Shown piece after piece: positions 40,197-52,701 of a stretch of 64,000 nt of DNA. The translations under genes and the position numbers were made by a program. The notes under the pieces are model-generated. The model worked only from the letters and a program-made list of their open reading frames with translations, was not told the origin of the DNA and searched no databases. The stretch covers positions 301,196,001-301,260,000 of the forward strand of contig OZ024740.1 of the NCBI GenBank assembly GCA_964016885.1, read 5' to 3'. The number at the start of each line of letters is the position of its first letter. Positions within the stretch are counted from its first letter, which is position 1. The DNA comes from Eledone cirrhosa. Lineage: Eukaryota.

Positions 40197-42268
40197 ATGG
40201 CTACCAAAAAGAAATTTCATACGTCACTCCCACTCATTCCGTCTTCTTCTTCCTCAATCATCACTACAGCAGAGAGAAGATTGTCTCTCTCCCTCCCTTC
40301 TTTAAATGTGTCTCTCTCCCTCCCTTCTCTTTCGCAAGCGACGAAAGAAAAGAAAAGTCTCGTGCAAAGCGTGCAAGGTTTCTCCACGACGACGACGACA
40401 GCGACGAAACAGGTGTGCGGGAAATACGAAAACCCAGTTCATTCGTCTGACGTCAGGAATAATAGCAGTAGCAGCCGTAATAACAACAGCAACAGTGACA
40501 ATGAAAACAACAGTAGCAGCCGCAACAGCATCACCAGCAGCATAAACAACAACAGCATTAGCAGCAGCAACACCAACAACAACCACAGCAACAGCGGCGG
40601 AGGCAGTAGTCGTAGTACCTGCAGCAACAAAAGTACCAGCAGCTCTGACGACAACAACAACAGCAGAGAAAAACCAATCTCATTTGCAGGTATTGCGAAA
40701 AACTTGGAAACAATCCTCATAACAAATGAGGAATTAGAGGAAGCGAAGAAGATGGTGACAAAGAAAGGACACCGAGCAATCTGCAAGGCAGCGAAAAATT
40801 TTTTCGAAACCCAAGAGCACTGTACGGTCACGTACCGTACAGTAAGTACAAAATCCCGTAGGGTGGAAAGAGCCACAGAGGCCCAAATACAAAAAGCCTT
40901 GGGGTCTGTGTGGCAGAGGAAAACGCACATCACCCGAGGCAAAAAATACGCCACCGTAGACGTACTTTTTGCCACACCCCAGGAGGCAAAGGCCCAATCA
41001 GTAGTGACCCTAAGGAGCGAGGAAATGGTGTTGGTGCCCTCCTACTGCGGGCAAAAAATTGTGAGGGTCAAACTGACCCACGTCCCCCCCGGAATGACCC
41101 CTTCTTGGCTGGCCGCGTCTGTCCTCGTCGGAATCGAGGACAAAACAACTGTACTGCAAGTACAGAAAAAAGTAAGAGAAGATTGGGTCGGCTCCTCCAT
41201 TGAGATGCTAATCCAAACCAACCAGGAGTGCATCGAAGCTATCCCGGATGTGATAGACTTCGATAACGGCACTCAACTGCCCATAAGTGTTGAGGGCAAA
41301 CGCCCGAAATGCTTTCGCTGTGGATCGAAGACTCACCTCAGGGCCTTCTGCAACGAGAAGACCCTGAGAAAGGAGAAAACCCCCCTCCTTCCGAATCCGG
41401 CTCCACGGCTACCAGGAACGATAGGTCCGTGGCACCCATACCCACTCCACGGAAATCAAAGACAGCAGCAGCAGTGGAAATATTAACAACAACAACAGCA
41501 ATACCAAATGCAGCTGCAACAGAGACTCCAGTGCAAACATCACCAACAACAACAAGTGAAAGAGTGGAGCTGGTACCCCTCCCCGACCTTACAGAATCAG
41601 ACATGGAGTGTGAGGTGGGAGAGGGATGGCAAAAGGTCGCAAGAAGGCACAAACGCAGAAGCAGCGCATCGTCGCCTTTGAAAAGGGAGGAAAGAAATGA
41701 GAAAAGGGTAAAGTCTACTGCAAAGAGACCCACAGCAGCAACACCACCAACACCATCACCACCCACACCAGCACCACCATCACCACCGGCGACAACCCCA
41801 CCGCCAACAACACCTTCAACACCACCACCACAAGCACCAACATCGCAAACACAACAACAAAACACACACACCCAGCAACAACGACAAGAAAATAGCAGAA
41901 CCACACCCCACCCCCAGAAAAACAAATGCACGGCAATAAACACACACAACAAGAAACTAATGACTTACATAATTGAACACACAGACATTTCACAACAGGA
42001 CTACATAATACCAGCACCAATCAAAACGCCAACTAACATAAGACTGCTAAAAATAGCACAGAAACAATACACAAACATTAAAACGAAATTCCCCAACGCA
42101 GTTGGTGATTTCAGGGACCTAGGAGGAACCATCAATCGAAGAGTATATTCAGACATTCTCTTAGAAGAGCCGACGACCAGCCGAAGGGACGATTCAACGG
42201 TCCCTTCACCAGACGATCAAGTGAAAAGGGATGTAAAAACCATCCCTCCTCTACCAAAAGTACGGTAA
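40197..42268 (+). pseudogene. T2 ORF1 (gag-like nucleic-acid-binding protein), one frameshift near 41400-41460
   Basis: MATKKK start, S/N-rich low-complexity region, RRM-like core (KYATVDVLF), CCHC knuckle CFRCGSKTHLRAFC, P/T-rich region, stop at 42266-42268. Confidence 0.85.
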
Positions 42269-42302
42269 GTGGTCTTTCCCATCTTTTCCACTCTATTTAA
42301 AC

Positions 42303-45300
42303 ATGACCTCACTCAGAATAGGCAGCATAAATGCGCGTGGCTTGGGGTCGTCATGGAAGCAGGGTCACCTGCTCAACGACCTCAGGTCACTAAACATAGA
42401 TGTAGTGGCCATCAGCGAGACCAGAATCTCCGAAGCACGGGCCTTCGCACCGATCTTCGGTGGCTACGATGTGTACGCATCTCCCAGCCGTCCTGGATCG
42501 GGTGGAGGAGTTGCTGTGCTTTTTCGGAGAGGTTTGGATCTCGCCATACGGGCCATCTTCCTGGACCCAGAGGGTAAGCTGGTGGTGCTGGACGTGACCA
42601 GCGGAGACGGGCAAGCTTTCAGGCTAGTGGCCGTCTATGCCCCGACAGGAGCAGGGCGGCCTGATTTCTTCCGGCGTCTGGAGACCTTTCTTGGAACGTC
42701 CCGCTCTTTAGTGTTAGTGGGCGACTGGAACGGGATCTTAGATGCACGCTGGGACTGTGTGGGATTAGCGGATAGGGGTGGAGGGTGCAAGAGCCTCACC
42801 AACCTGCTCAGGCGTTTTGAACTGTCTGACAGGTACCGATTGGATTTCCCGAATGTGCCAATGTGGACTTGGACAAACCGCATAGAGTCATCCAGATCAT
42901 ATCTAGATAGAGTATTTTGTAAGGAAATAGATAGGTCTAGCATAGGCTGTCCACAATTCAAGATAGTCAGCTACACGGACCACAAATTCGTGACCTGTGT
43001 GCTTGACTTAGATAGGCTTCATAGACGAGGACCCGGCTACTGGAAGCTAAACGCGTCCTTACCAGCGCGCAAGGCCTACAGAGACCGGATTAGCGAACTA
43101 GTTAAGCGGGCGTTGACGGGGGCCATCGTCAACAACAAGTGGTGGTTTGCTCTGAAAAGAGCGATTAGAATAGAATCGATTAGGTTTAGTAAGGCTTTAG
43201 CAATAGAGAAAAATAGAGCAGAGGGAGAACTAGTTAGAAAATTAGACGAGGCGCTTAGCAAAGGCATTGCGACCGACGTGCTTGCGGCGAAATTGGCCCT
43301 TGACCAATTCTTCAATGCAAAGCACGAAGGCTGCGTTGTCAGAGCTAGGGTGCGTGCTCTCAGACACGAGGGGACGAAAGCCGTTCAATGGGCCCGAGTG
43401 GCGGAGGCGCGTCGTGGCAACAAAGCCACGATCCGGTCTTTGGTGGACCACGACGGGCGCATGCTACTCGATCCCGGGCAAATGTGTGAAGCTTTTCAGC
43501 GACACTTCGCTCAGCTGTTCGGGGGCAGCGGGGGGCCGGGTAGAGGGATGGACTTTAGTGTCTACCTCGACGGACTGCCGCGGCTCTCGGCCACTGAGGC
43601 GAGGTGTGGCGAAAAGCCGATAACAGCCGCTGAAGTACGGGAGGCAATGACTGGCTGCACAAGGGGTAAATCGCCTGGTTTGGATGGTCTGCCCTATGAA
43701 CTTTACGTACAGATGCCAGACTTGTTCGGAGGCCTTTTGGCGGACGTCTACTGCAACTGGCAACAGAACGGGAGAATTCCCAGTTCTGTGAGCCGAGGAG
43801 CGGTGGCACTGCTGAGAAAGGATCCGAACAAGGGGGATAACATAGACAATTTCCGGCCCATAACTCTGCTAAACACAGAGTTTAAGATTTTGGCCAAGGT
43901 GCTAGCAAAGAGGTTGGCGCTTGCCGTTGGTGGTCTGGTGGGAGAGGCGCAGACATGCGCCATTCCCGACAGATCCATCCACGACAACCTCCACCTCATG
44001 CGATACATCGTAGAGAGGGTAGCTAGGGAACCTGGCACGGGTGGGCCCTTGATCAATTTAGATCAGTCGAAAGCTTTCGATAGGGTCGACCATCGTTACC
44101 TAGCGGCAGTCCTGAGGGCGGCTGGCTTTGGGCCCGTCTTCAGAGGCTGGATCGCTGCCATGCACAGCGACATCTGCTCTGTGGTGAGAGTGAACGGTCA
44201 CCTGTCGGAACCGTTCAACATCATGCGCTCGGTCCGCCAAGGATGTCCCCTCTCGTCCCTCTTGTACGTATTGACTCTCGAGCCATTACTGCACAAACTG
44301 GAGACGTTGAGGGGAGTCCCGCGCGAACTAGGATGCGGAAGATCCGTGTCAGCATATGCGGACGATGTCACCGTAGTGGTGTCGAACGCCAAACACATCG
44401 AGGCGATCGGCACTACACTAAGAGAATACGAAGCGGTGACAGGAGCAATGATCAACTAGGAAAAGTCAGTGGGCCTGCAGCTCGGCACCTGGAGAGGCAG
44501 GTCCATGCCGTCCAACAGCGTCGTCGGGCGCTGGACGGACGGACCGGTTAAATTGCTAGAGGTCTGGTTCGGTCCGGACCTCCAGACGGACAAAAACTGG
44601 GACGAGGTGACGAGCAGGGTGGCTTCTCTCACCCAGAAATGGGCGGAGAGGAAGCTATCCCTGAAAGGTCGAGCGGAGGTGGCTAACGCGTACATCGCGT
44701 CTGTCATCTGCTACCGCCTAACCGTCGTACCTTGTCCTAAGCCTCGCCTGACTGCGCTGGAGCGTTTGCTCTTTCGCTTTTTGTGGAAGGGACGTGCTCC
44801 GATGGTCAGGCGGTCCATCTGTTGTCAACACCCGCTACGTGGAGGGCTGGGCATGCCGTGGCTGATGATGCGCAGGCACGCGCTCAGGCTACGACATCTC
44901 CACCTCTTCCTCGACGGTGATCAGGTGTGGTCGCCGTTTGCTAGACGCGTTTTTCCCCAGCTCGTTTCCTTGACGGAGCTGCAGTCCTGGGTCAAGCGAA
45001 GACCGAGAGGGAGCGCCTGGAGACTGGAATGTCTTCAGGCGCTCACAGCCCTCGACCAATCGGGCAATGTGATCGGTGGAAACTCCACCTCGGCGTTCTA
45101 TAGAGGATTAGTTGAGGGGAAGAGCGACGACGTACTTGGGGAAACTCTAGGCGTCGACGAAAATCAACTAGCCAATCTCTTCGGAAGAACTTTCGGGCCA
45201 GGGCCTATGGACAACTTCCAGAAATCTCTGGCCTGGCAGTGCTACCGAGGAGCCTTGCCAGTTCGGGATAAACTCTACAGGCATGGAGGTGCCGTCAGCC

Positions 45301-45722
45301 GGGCATGTCCGAGATGCGCGCAGGGCGACGAAACCGTCCTGCACGCACTCGTCCAGTGTCCGAAAATTGCCGACTTGTGGGTTTATGTCGAACACCTGCT
45401 GTCGCGTTTAGGACGGATCCAGCTATCATCTGAGTCTATCGTGAGGATTGCCCCGCCCTCCTCCTTTAGCCGGGAAGGGCAGGCAGTTTTTATCTGTCTG
45501 GTGGCCATGGCGAAAGAGATAGTATGGTGGACACGTTTGAAAGGGCTGAAGACGAGCACTTACCTCTTCGGTGATGCTCTGATTGACTTTTTCAAATTTC
45601 ATTTGAAAAGGAAAATCAGAGTAGAGAAGGAAGTGCTCTCTTCCCAGCATTTTGTTGAAAGATGGGTGAGAGAAGCAAGAATGGCCCGAGTGAATGGGCC
45701 GACTCTGAGTATATATCTGTAA
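42303..45722 (+). pseudogene. T2 ORF2 (APE-RT) with a single premature stop
   Basis: Near-identical to T3 ORF2 except CAG>TAG at 44457-44459. Confidence 0.93.
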
Positions 45723-45984
45723 ACTAAAGGTGGAAAACTGGGAGAGGGCACTTGCCTTGGTGGTCAGGGTCATTGTGGCTTTTTACTGGGCTTTCTCCAC
45801 AAATGTCCCTCCGAAGTCTCCCCCCTATTGGGGAATTTTTTTCATTGTTATTTTCATTGTTATTTTTGTTACATCCTCTGTTTTTGTTTTTTTACACGCA
45901 GAAATGCCCATTTGTACCGTCCTGCATTGTCCTGCACTGTCCTAAATGTCTACTTTATGTAAACCCTTGTGGTTAATAAAGAAA

Positions 45985-46053
<69 letters not shown>

Positions 46054-46055
<2 letters not shown>

Positions 46056-47584
46056 GTTGCATTAACTTGCTTTATGTTCATACGAGTTATCACCAAGTCA
46101 CAACCAGTGACCTCAAGAGACAACAAGGTCCGCCATGTTGAAGAAAGAACATACATACTCACACATGCATCTTTAGTGTTTAGACTTGTAATGTACTTAT
46201 ATTGACAGAATCTTCCTTAGTATATGGGCAGATCCCATTAGTACTATCTTTTGTATTTCTCCTATACGCGGGTTTCCTGGGATTTGCGATAAGTAATCAT
46301 TAGACCCCTTAGGTATCATTCCCAGAGCGCCTACAACCACTGGTATTGTTTTAGTTCTCAATTTCCACATTTTCCCAATGTCTATCTCCAGGTTCTTATA
46401 CTTGCTCAATTTTTCAAATGTTTTTATAGATACATTCTTGTCTATTGGAACAGACATATCAATTAGCAGGCATACCCTCTTTTGAAAGTTCTTCAATATT
46501 ATATCAGGTCTATTTGCATCTATTTTTCGGTCTGTTTGGATTCTAAAGTTCCACAAGATTGAGATGTGATCTTTTTCAAGTATGGGAGGTGGTTGATGCT
46601 CCCACCAATTCTTTTGATGGGGCTGGTCAAAATGCTTACACATTATCCAATGTATGTATTGTGCAGCTCTGTCATGCCTGTTTAGGTATTCGGTTGGAGC
46701 TATAGAACTGCACATTGAAATTCAATGTGCAGTCCTATAGCTCCAACCGAATGGTCAATGGTCTCTGGTTTTTTGCATACACGGCATAATGGGCTGCACC
46801 CATTTTTTATTATGTTGGCTTGGTAATTTTTTGTTGGCAGACACTGATCTTGTGCTGATATAACCAGTCCTTCAGTCTCCGATTTCAGTCCAGAGGATGC
46901 CAACCACTGATGGGTTAAAGTTTTGTCAACATCAGGATTGTTAGCTCGCTCTGGGTATTTTCCATACAGAGTCATTTCTTGCCATTTCTTAGCCAGTTTC
47001 TCTAGCAGTTCTTTCTTGGCAGTTACTTTTACCTGCTTTGCTTTTTCTGTGTTTTCCATTTCAGCAGTAAATGGGACTTCTGAAATTTGTAGTCCATTAC
47101 TGTATCTTTGTGCATCTTTTGTAATGGAATATGATCTTTTGATGCTTTCGTGTTTCAAAACGAGTTTCATCATCCAATCATGTGATTCCCTTAGATATGT
47201 AGATAATCCAATTGTTGCAGTTTTCAACGCAATGTCTAACTGGATTAACCCACGTCCTCCTTCTTTCCTAGGGAGATATATTCTATCTATATCTGCCTTA
47301 GGGTGATGCATTCTGTGCATGGTTAAGAATTTTCGAAATTTTGTATCGAGCCTACGGATCTCTGTGCTTGACCAGTTGATGACATTGTAACTGTATGTTA
47401 CTACTGGTATGGCAAGCGTGTTTATGGCATCGATCCTATTCCTTGCATTCAATTCCGTTCTTAAGATTGCTCTTACTCTCCGGTAACATTCCTTCCTTAT
47501 CCTTTCCCTCATTGTCGAGTGCTTGATTCCGTCTCCTTCACAAACACCTAGATATTTGTAAGTTTTTTCTTGATCAAGTTCTCT
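46054..47584 (-). mobile_element. A5: 5'-truncated Dong family A copy
   Basis: RELDQEKTYKYLG to ...RKILSI plus the family A 3'UTR; (TTA)n on both sides. Confidence 0.95.
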
Positions 47585-47602
47585 TATTATTATTATTATT
47601 AT

Positions 47603-50600
47603 TTGCATTTATCTTGCTTTATGTTTATACGAGTTATCACCAAGTCACAACCAGTGACCTCAAGAGACAACAAGGTCCGCCATGTTCAAGAAAGAACACA
47701 CATATTCACACATGCATCCTTAGTGTTTAGACTTGTGATGTACTTATATTGACAGGATCTTCCTTAGTATACGGGCAGTTCCCATTAGTACTATCTTTTG
47801 TATTTCTCCTATACGCGGGTTTCCTGGGATTTGCGATAAGTAGTCGTTAGACCCCTTAGGTATCATTCCCAGAGCGCCTACAACCACTGGTATTGTTTTA
47901 GTTCTCAATTTCCACATTTTTCCAATTTCTATCTCCAGGTTCTTATACTTGCTCAATTTTTCAAATGTTTTTATAGATACATTCTTGTCTATTGGAATAG
48001 ACATATCAATTAGCAGGCATACCCTCCTTTGAAAGTCCTTCAATATTATATCAGGTCTATTTGCATCTATTTTTCGGTCTGTTTGGATGCTAAAGTTCCA
48101 CAAGTTTGAGATGTGATCTTTTTCAAGTATGGGAGGTGGTTGATGCTCCCACCAATTCTTTTGATGGGGCAGGTCAAAATGCTTACACATTATCCAATGT
48201 ATGTATTGTGCAGCTCTGTCATGCCTGTTTAGGTATTCGGTTGGAGCTATAGGACTGCACATTGAAATTATATGGTCAATGGTCTCTGGTTGTTTTTTGC
48301 ATACACGGCATAATGGGCTGCAACCATTTTTTATTATGTTGGCTTGGTAATTTTTTGTTGGCAAACACTGATCTTGTGCGGATATAATCAGTCCTTCAGT
48401 CTCCGATTTCAGTCCAGAGGATGCCAACCACTGATGGGTTAAAGTTTTGTCAACATCAGGATTGTTAGCTCGCTCTGGGTATTTTCCATACAGAGGCTTT
48501 TCTTGCCATTTCTTAGCCAGTTTCTGTAGCAGTTCATTCTTTGCAGTTACTTTTACCTGCTTTGCTTTTTCTGTGTTTTCCATTTCAGCAGTAAATGGGA
48601 CTTCTGAAATTTGTAGTCCATTACTGTATCTTTGTGCATCTTTTGTAATGGAATATGATCTTTTGGTGCTTTCGTGTTTCAAAACGAGTTTGATCATCCA
48701 ATCATGTGATTCCCTTAGATATGTGGATAATCCAATTGTTGCAGTTTTCAACGCAATGTCTAACTGGATTAACCCACGTCCTCCTTCTTTCCTAGGGAGA
48801 TATATTCTATCTATGTCTGCCTTAGGGTGATGCATTCTGTGCATGGTTAAGAATTTTCGGATTTTTGTATCGAGCCTACGGATCTCTGTGCTTGACCAGT
48901 TGATGACATTGTAACTATAGGTTACTACTGGTATGGCAAGCGTGTTTATGGCATCGATCCTATTCCTTGCATTCAATTCCGTTCTTAAGATTGCTCTGAC
49001 TCTGCGGTAACATTCCTTCCTTATCCTTTCCCTCATTGTCGAGTGCTTGATTCCGTCTCCTTCACAAACACCTAGATATTTGTAAGTTTGTTCTTGATCA
49101 AGCTCTCTTATCACGTTCCCCCGATCAAGATTAATGTCTGAACTCTTCAGCAGCTTTCCTCTGGTGAACGTTGCTTTGGCGCATTTATCCAGTCCAAACT
49201 CCATTTTAATGTCATCACTGAACTGCTTCACAGTGGATAATAGCCCTTGCAATTGTTCATCATTTTTTGCGAATAGTTTCAGGTCATCCATGTAGAACAG
49301 GCAATTAATGGTTTTGTCATAGACTCTATATCCATGTTTTGTTTCATTGAGCATTTTACTTAATGGTATAAGTGCGATGCAGAATAAAAGCGGTGATAAA
49401 GAGTCACCCTGAAAAATTCCACAATTAATGTTAACTTCTCCAGCTTCCAGTGATTTTGTTTCACTATTCAAAAGGAGTGTCGTTCTCCATGTCCTCATAC
49501 TGAATGACAGGAACCTCCTGACAACGGGGGATATTTTGAAAATCTCTAAACATTTTTCAATCCAACTGTGTGGCAAACTATCAAATGCTTTTTTATAATC
49601 TATCCAAGCAATCGATAGATTTTTGTGTCTATTATGACAATCTTCCAGTATCATTTTGTTAACCAGAAGCTGATCCTTACAGCCATATGAGCCTCGTTTA
49701 CACCCTTTCTGCTCAATGGGAAATAGGTCATTTGTTTTCAGGTGGTCATATGTGTATTCAGTTAGGACTGATGTTAAAATTTTATACATTGTGGTCAAGC
49801 AGGTTATCGGTCTGTAATTTTTGGGATTGTTTGTCTCATCATTCTTCGGTAGCAGGAATGTAATGCCGTTAACTAGCCATGATGGTATCTTTTCTGGCTC
49901 CTTAACTACTTCATTGTAAAGTTGGGCTAACAGCTCATGAGACTCTGTGAAGGCATTTATCCAAAAGTATTGTATTTTGTCTTTTCCTGGGGATTTCCAT
50001 TTGCTGGTTTTTCTTAGAGCCAAGCGCAGCTGTTCAACTGTTATATTTTCCCATGTTTGTTCTTCAAGGTGAGCTGTTTCTTTCATTTGTCTGTCTATCC
50101 ATGGGGCATGTATGTTATGAACTTTTTCTTCGGCCCAGATCTTTTCCCAGAATTCTTGCACTTCCTCCTTGGGTGGTATTGATTTAGCAGTTATTGTTGA
50201 CTTACCAATTTTTCTGTAGAAGTTTCTTTGGTTGTTTTTGAACATATTATTGTCCTTATAGAATCTAGATCGTTTTTCAAAGCGCCTTATACGAGCAGCT
50301 TTGGCCGACACTTTTTGCTTGATTGTTTCTATCAGCATGTCTATGTCACATGTTGATCTTATACTGTACTTTTTTTTCAATTTTCTAAGTTTAGTTTGTT
50401 TAACATGTTCACCTACTTTATAGTTTGTTAAAATTTCTATGTCAGATCGGAGAAGGTTTATTTGGCGATTGATGTTATCTTGCCAAGTAGATTTCTTGTG
50501 GGAATTCCTTTGTTTTTTCATCTTCACTCCACATAAGTGAGTGGTGACTTTAGCCGATGCATAATAGAGATGATTTAAGTCAGTAATGTTTATTTTGTTT

Positions 50601-52467
50601 GTGATGATAATGTTTTTGAGAATTATGTTAGTCTTGTGTATTATCTTTTGGTTCTGTTTGGAGTTCTGGATCTTAGGGAGGGTGTCTCGTTCCCCCATGT
50701 CAGATTCTTTCATTTTCATCCATTCGATCATAATTTCATCCTTCAAGTTGGCAAGTTATTCATTTCTTTATCATTTACGATCTCATTATTTTCATTTGGA
50801 GTTTCATCCTGAGCATGCACTCCCTCCACTTTTTCGCTCCTTTCTTTAATTTGTTCTGTTGCCAGTGATTCCGCCCCAACTCTGGGATTCGAAGTGTTAC
50901 AGTTTACCTCGTTTTCACTGACACATGCTTCATTTTCCCTTCGCTGACTTTGTGCTACTAGCTTGATCTGATCAATTTCTATATCAGTTAGTAATTTTTT
51001 TCTTACAATATTTCTTCGTTCATTGGCTAGTTTGTTACTGTCAATATAGCCTCTGTTTTCGGGATGTTTCTTTTTCCAGTTGATATATGTTTGCTCTGTA
51101 TTCGATGTATTTGACGGGTAGTACATGGCAGTGTAGAAAGCCTCAAGGACTTCTTTATTATCTTCCCTTGACCATTTTTCTCTCTTTTTCTTTGGATTTC
51201 TTGGTGGTGAGCATGGAGGGCCAACAGTAGGAGTATTCCGGTTATGGGAGGTCTCCAGCTCCGAAGTGATGGGAAGGTTTGAACCATTAGCTGATTTTTC
51301 GACCCCAGTCTGGTTCCTCTCTGAGGGACGCGGCCCTTTTTTACCCGGGTGACGGCCGATCCGGTATGAGATTTCATCATTAGACATCCACTTTATTTTG
51401 TCGCGTTTTATCCTTATCCGCCAAGGGGTAATCTTTTCGTGTTACCACTTCTAGAACGAGTGTCAACCAAGACTAGAGGGGTCGTTCTACCCTAGAGACA
51501 TGGCTATTCCCCGCCGGCCGCCATCCCGGTATTTCTTGGTCACGGGGTTTTCTTTTTGTTGTTTTTTTTTAAATTGTTATTATCATGAGTGGTTCCTTAA
51601 TGTGAGCATTGCGTGGCTTAAGAATGAAATTATTAATAATTGTCTCCACTCCAGGGACAAGGCCAGCAATCACCCAGTGCATTACAATAATATAATATAC
51701 TTTTTGTTGTAGTTGGCTGTTATTGCTGCTGGCTATGTCGGTGGTGGTGCCGGGGCTTTTTATATTGTTGGTGAGGAAGGGGTGAGCCAGCAGTCCCATA
51801 ATTGTTGATGTAGACGTTTGTCCGTGGCAAGGTCACCAAGTCAATCTATTTATATCTTTTGCTAGCCTCTCTCTTGTCTAGTGCTACCACCACCTTCCCT
51901 TTTCTCTCTCAAGTTAACAGGGGAATAGTGTCAGTAGCATTGAATGAGTGGTGGCGGCGATGATGGATGTGGTGGGGTGGTGGCAGCGGTGGTGTTGTGG
52001 TTACTGATATAGTATCTATGAGTTTGTGTTCGTATGTTTAATATATATTTTCATTATATTTTGTGTTGACATATTCCCGTAAAATTTGAATTAAACATTT
52101 TTTAAAATTTGAGACAATAATAATAGTAATTATTATTATGATGCCGGTGAAGTTGCCGTTGTATTTAGTGTGATGGGATAGGTAGTGTATCAAGTTTCTG
52201 GTGTTGGTGAAATTGAAATTGCCGCTGTTCTATATAGTGTAGACAGAGGGTGTTTTGTTCCATTTATAACCATTTTCTTTTTTTGAATACAAAATATATA
52301 ATACAAAATTGAATATTTGAGCGATATAACAATATAATATGGATCCGAAACTTTATGGGACCTCATTCGGTGCCTTTATGCAACATTTGTGCTAAGAATT
52401 GTTCTTTCACAATTGATTTAAATATGTTAAAAATCAAAAAACTTACGGGAGCAATTTCGTGACGTTC
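47603..52467 (-). mobile_element. A6: essentially full-length Dong family A element
   Basis: ~1.08-kb leader, long ORF and 3'UTR; (TTA)n on both sides. Confidence 0.96.
47744..51387 (-). pseudogene. A6 ORF: myb-like N-terminus, RT (YMDD), CCHC, PD-(D/E)xK restriction-like endonuclease; ~1216 aa once one 7-bp deletion is repaired
   Basis: A 214-aa ORF (51387-50743, KKREKWSREDNKEVLEAFY) and a 1000-aa ORF (50746-47744). Comparison with A4 shows cattctc missing near 50757. Confidence 0.92.
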
Positions 52468-52701
52468 TATTATTATTATTATTATTATTATTGGCGACCT
52501 ACGTAGGAAATCGTATTATCGTGAGCTCCGCAAAGGTTTGTTATTTCCGTTTGTTTAAAAATTGCCATTTATGGAAAATTTTATTGTAAACTGTTTATAA
52601 GCACACATACATTGTTTTCCGAAAAGGACACCCAAAAAGATTGGGGCCTTGTGCCCAAAATTTTAACTTTTATTATTATCCAAAAATTTCTTTGAAAAAA
52701 A

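Larger units (their letters stand above)
39984..45986 (+). mobile_element. T2: full-length L1/Tx1-clade element
   Basis: 5'UTR, ORF1, ORF2 and a 3'UTR with AATAAA (45975-45980); (TTA)n on both flanks. Confidence 0.96.

Noticed and set aside
42269-42577. 102-aa ORF overlapping the ORF2 start in T1, T2 and T3
   Set aside because: GTG start in an alternative frame; its recurrence is explained by near-identical DNA.
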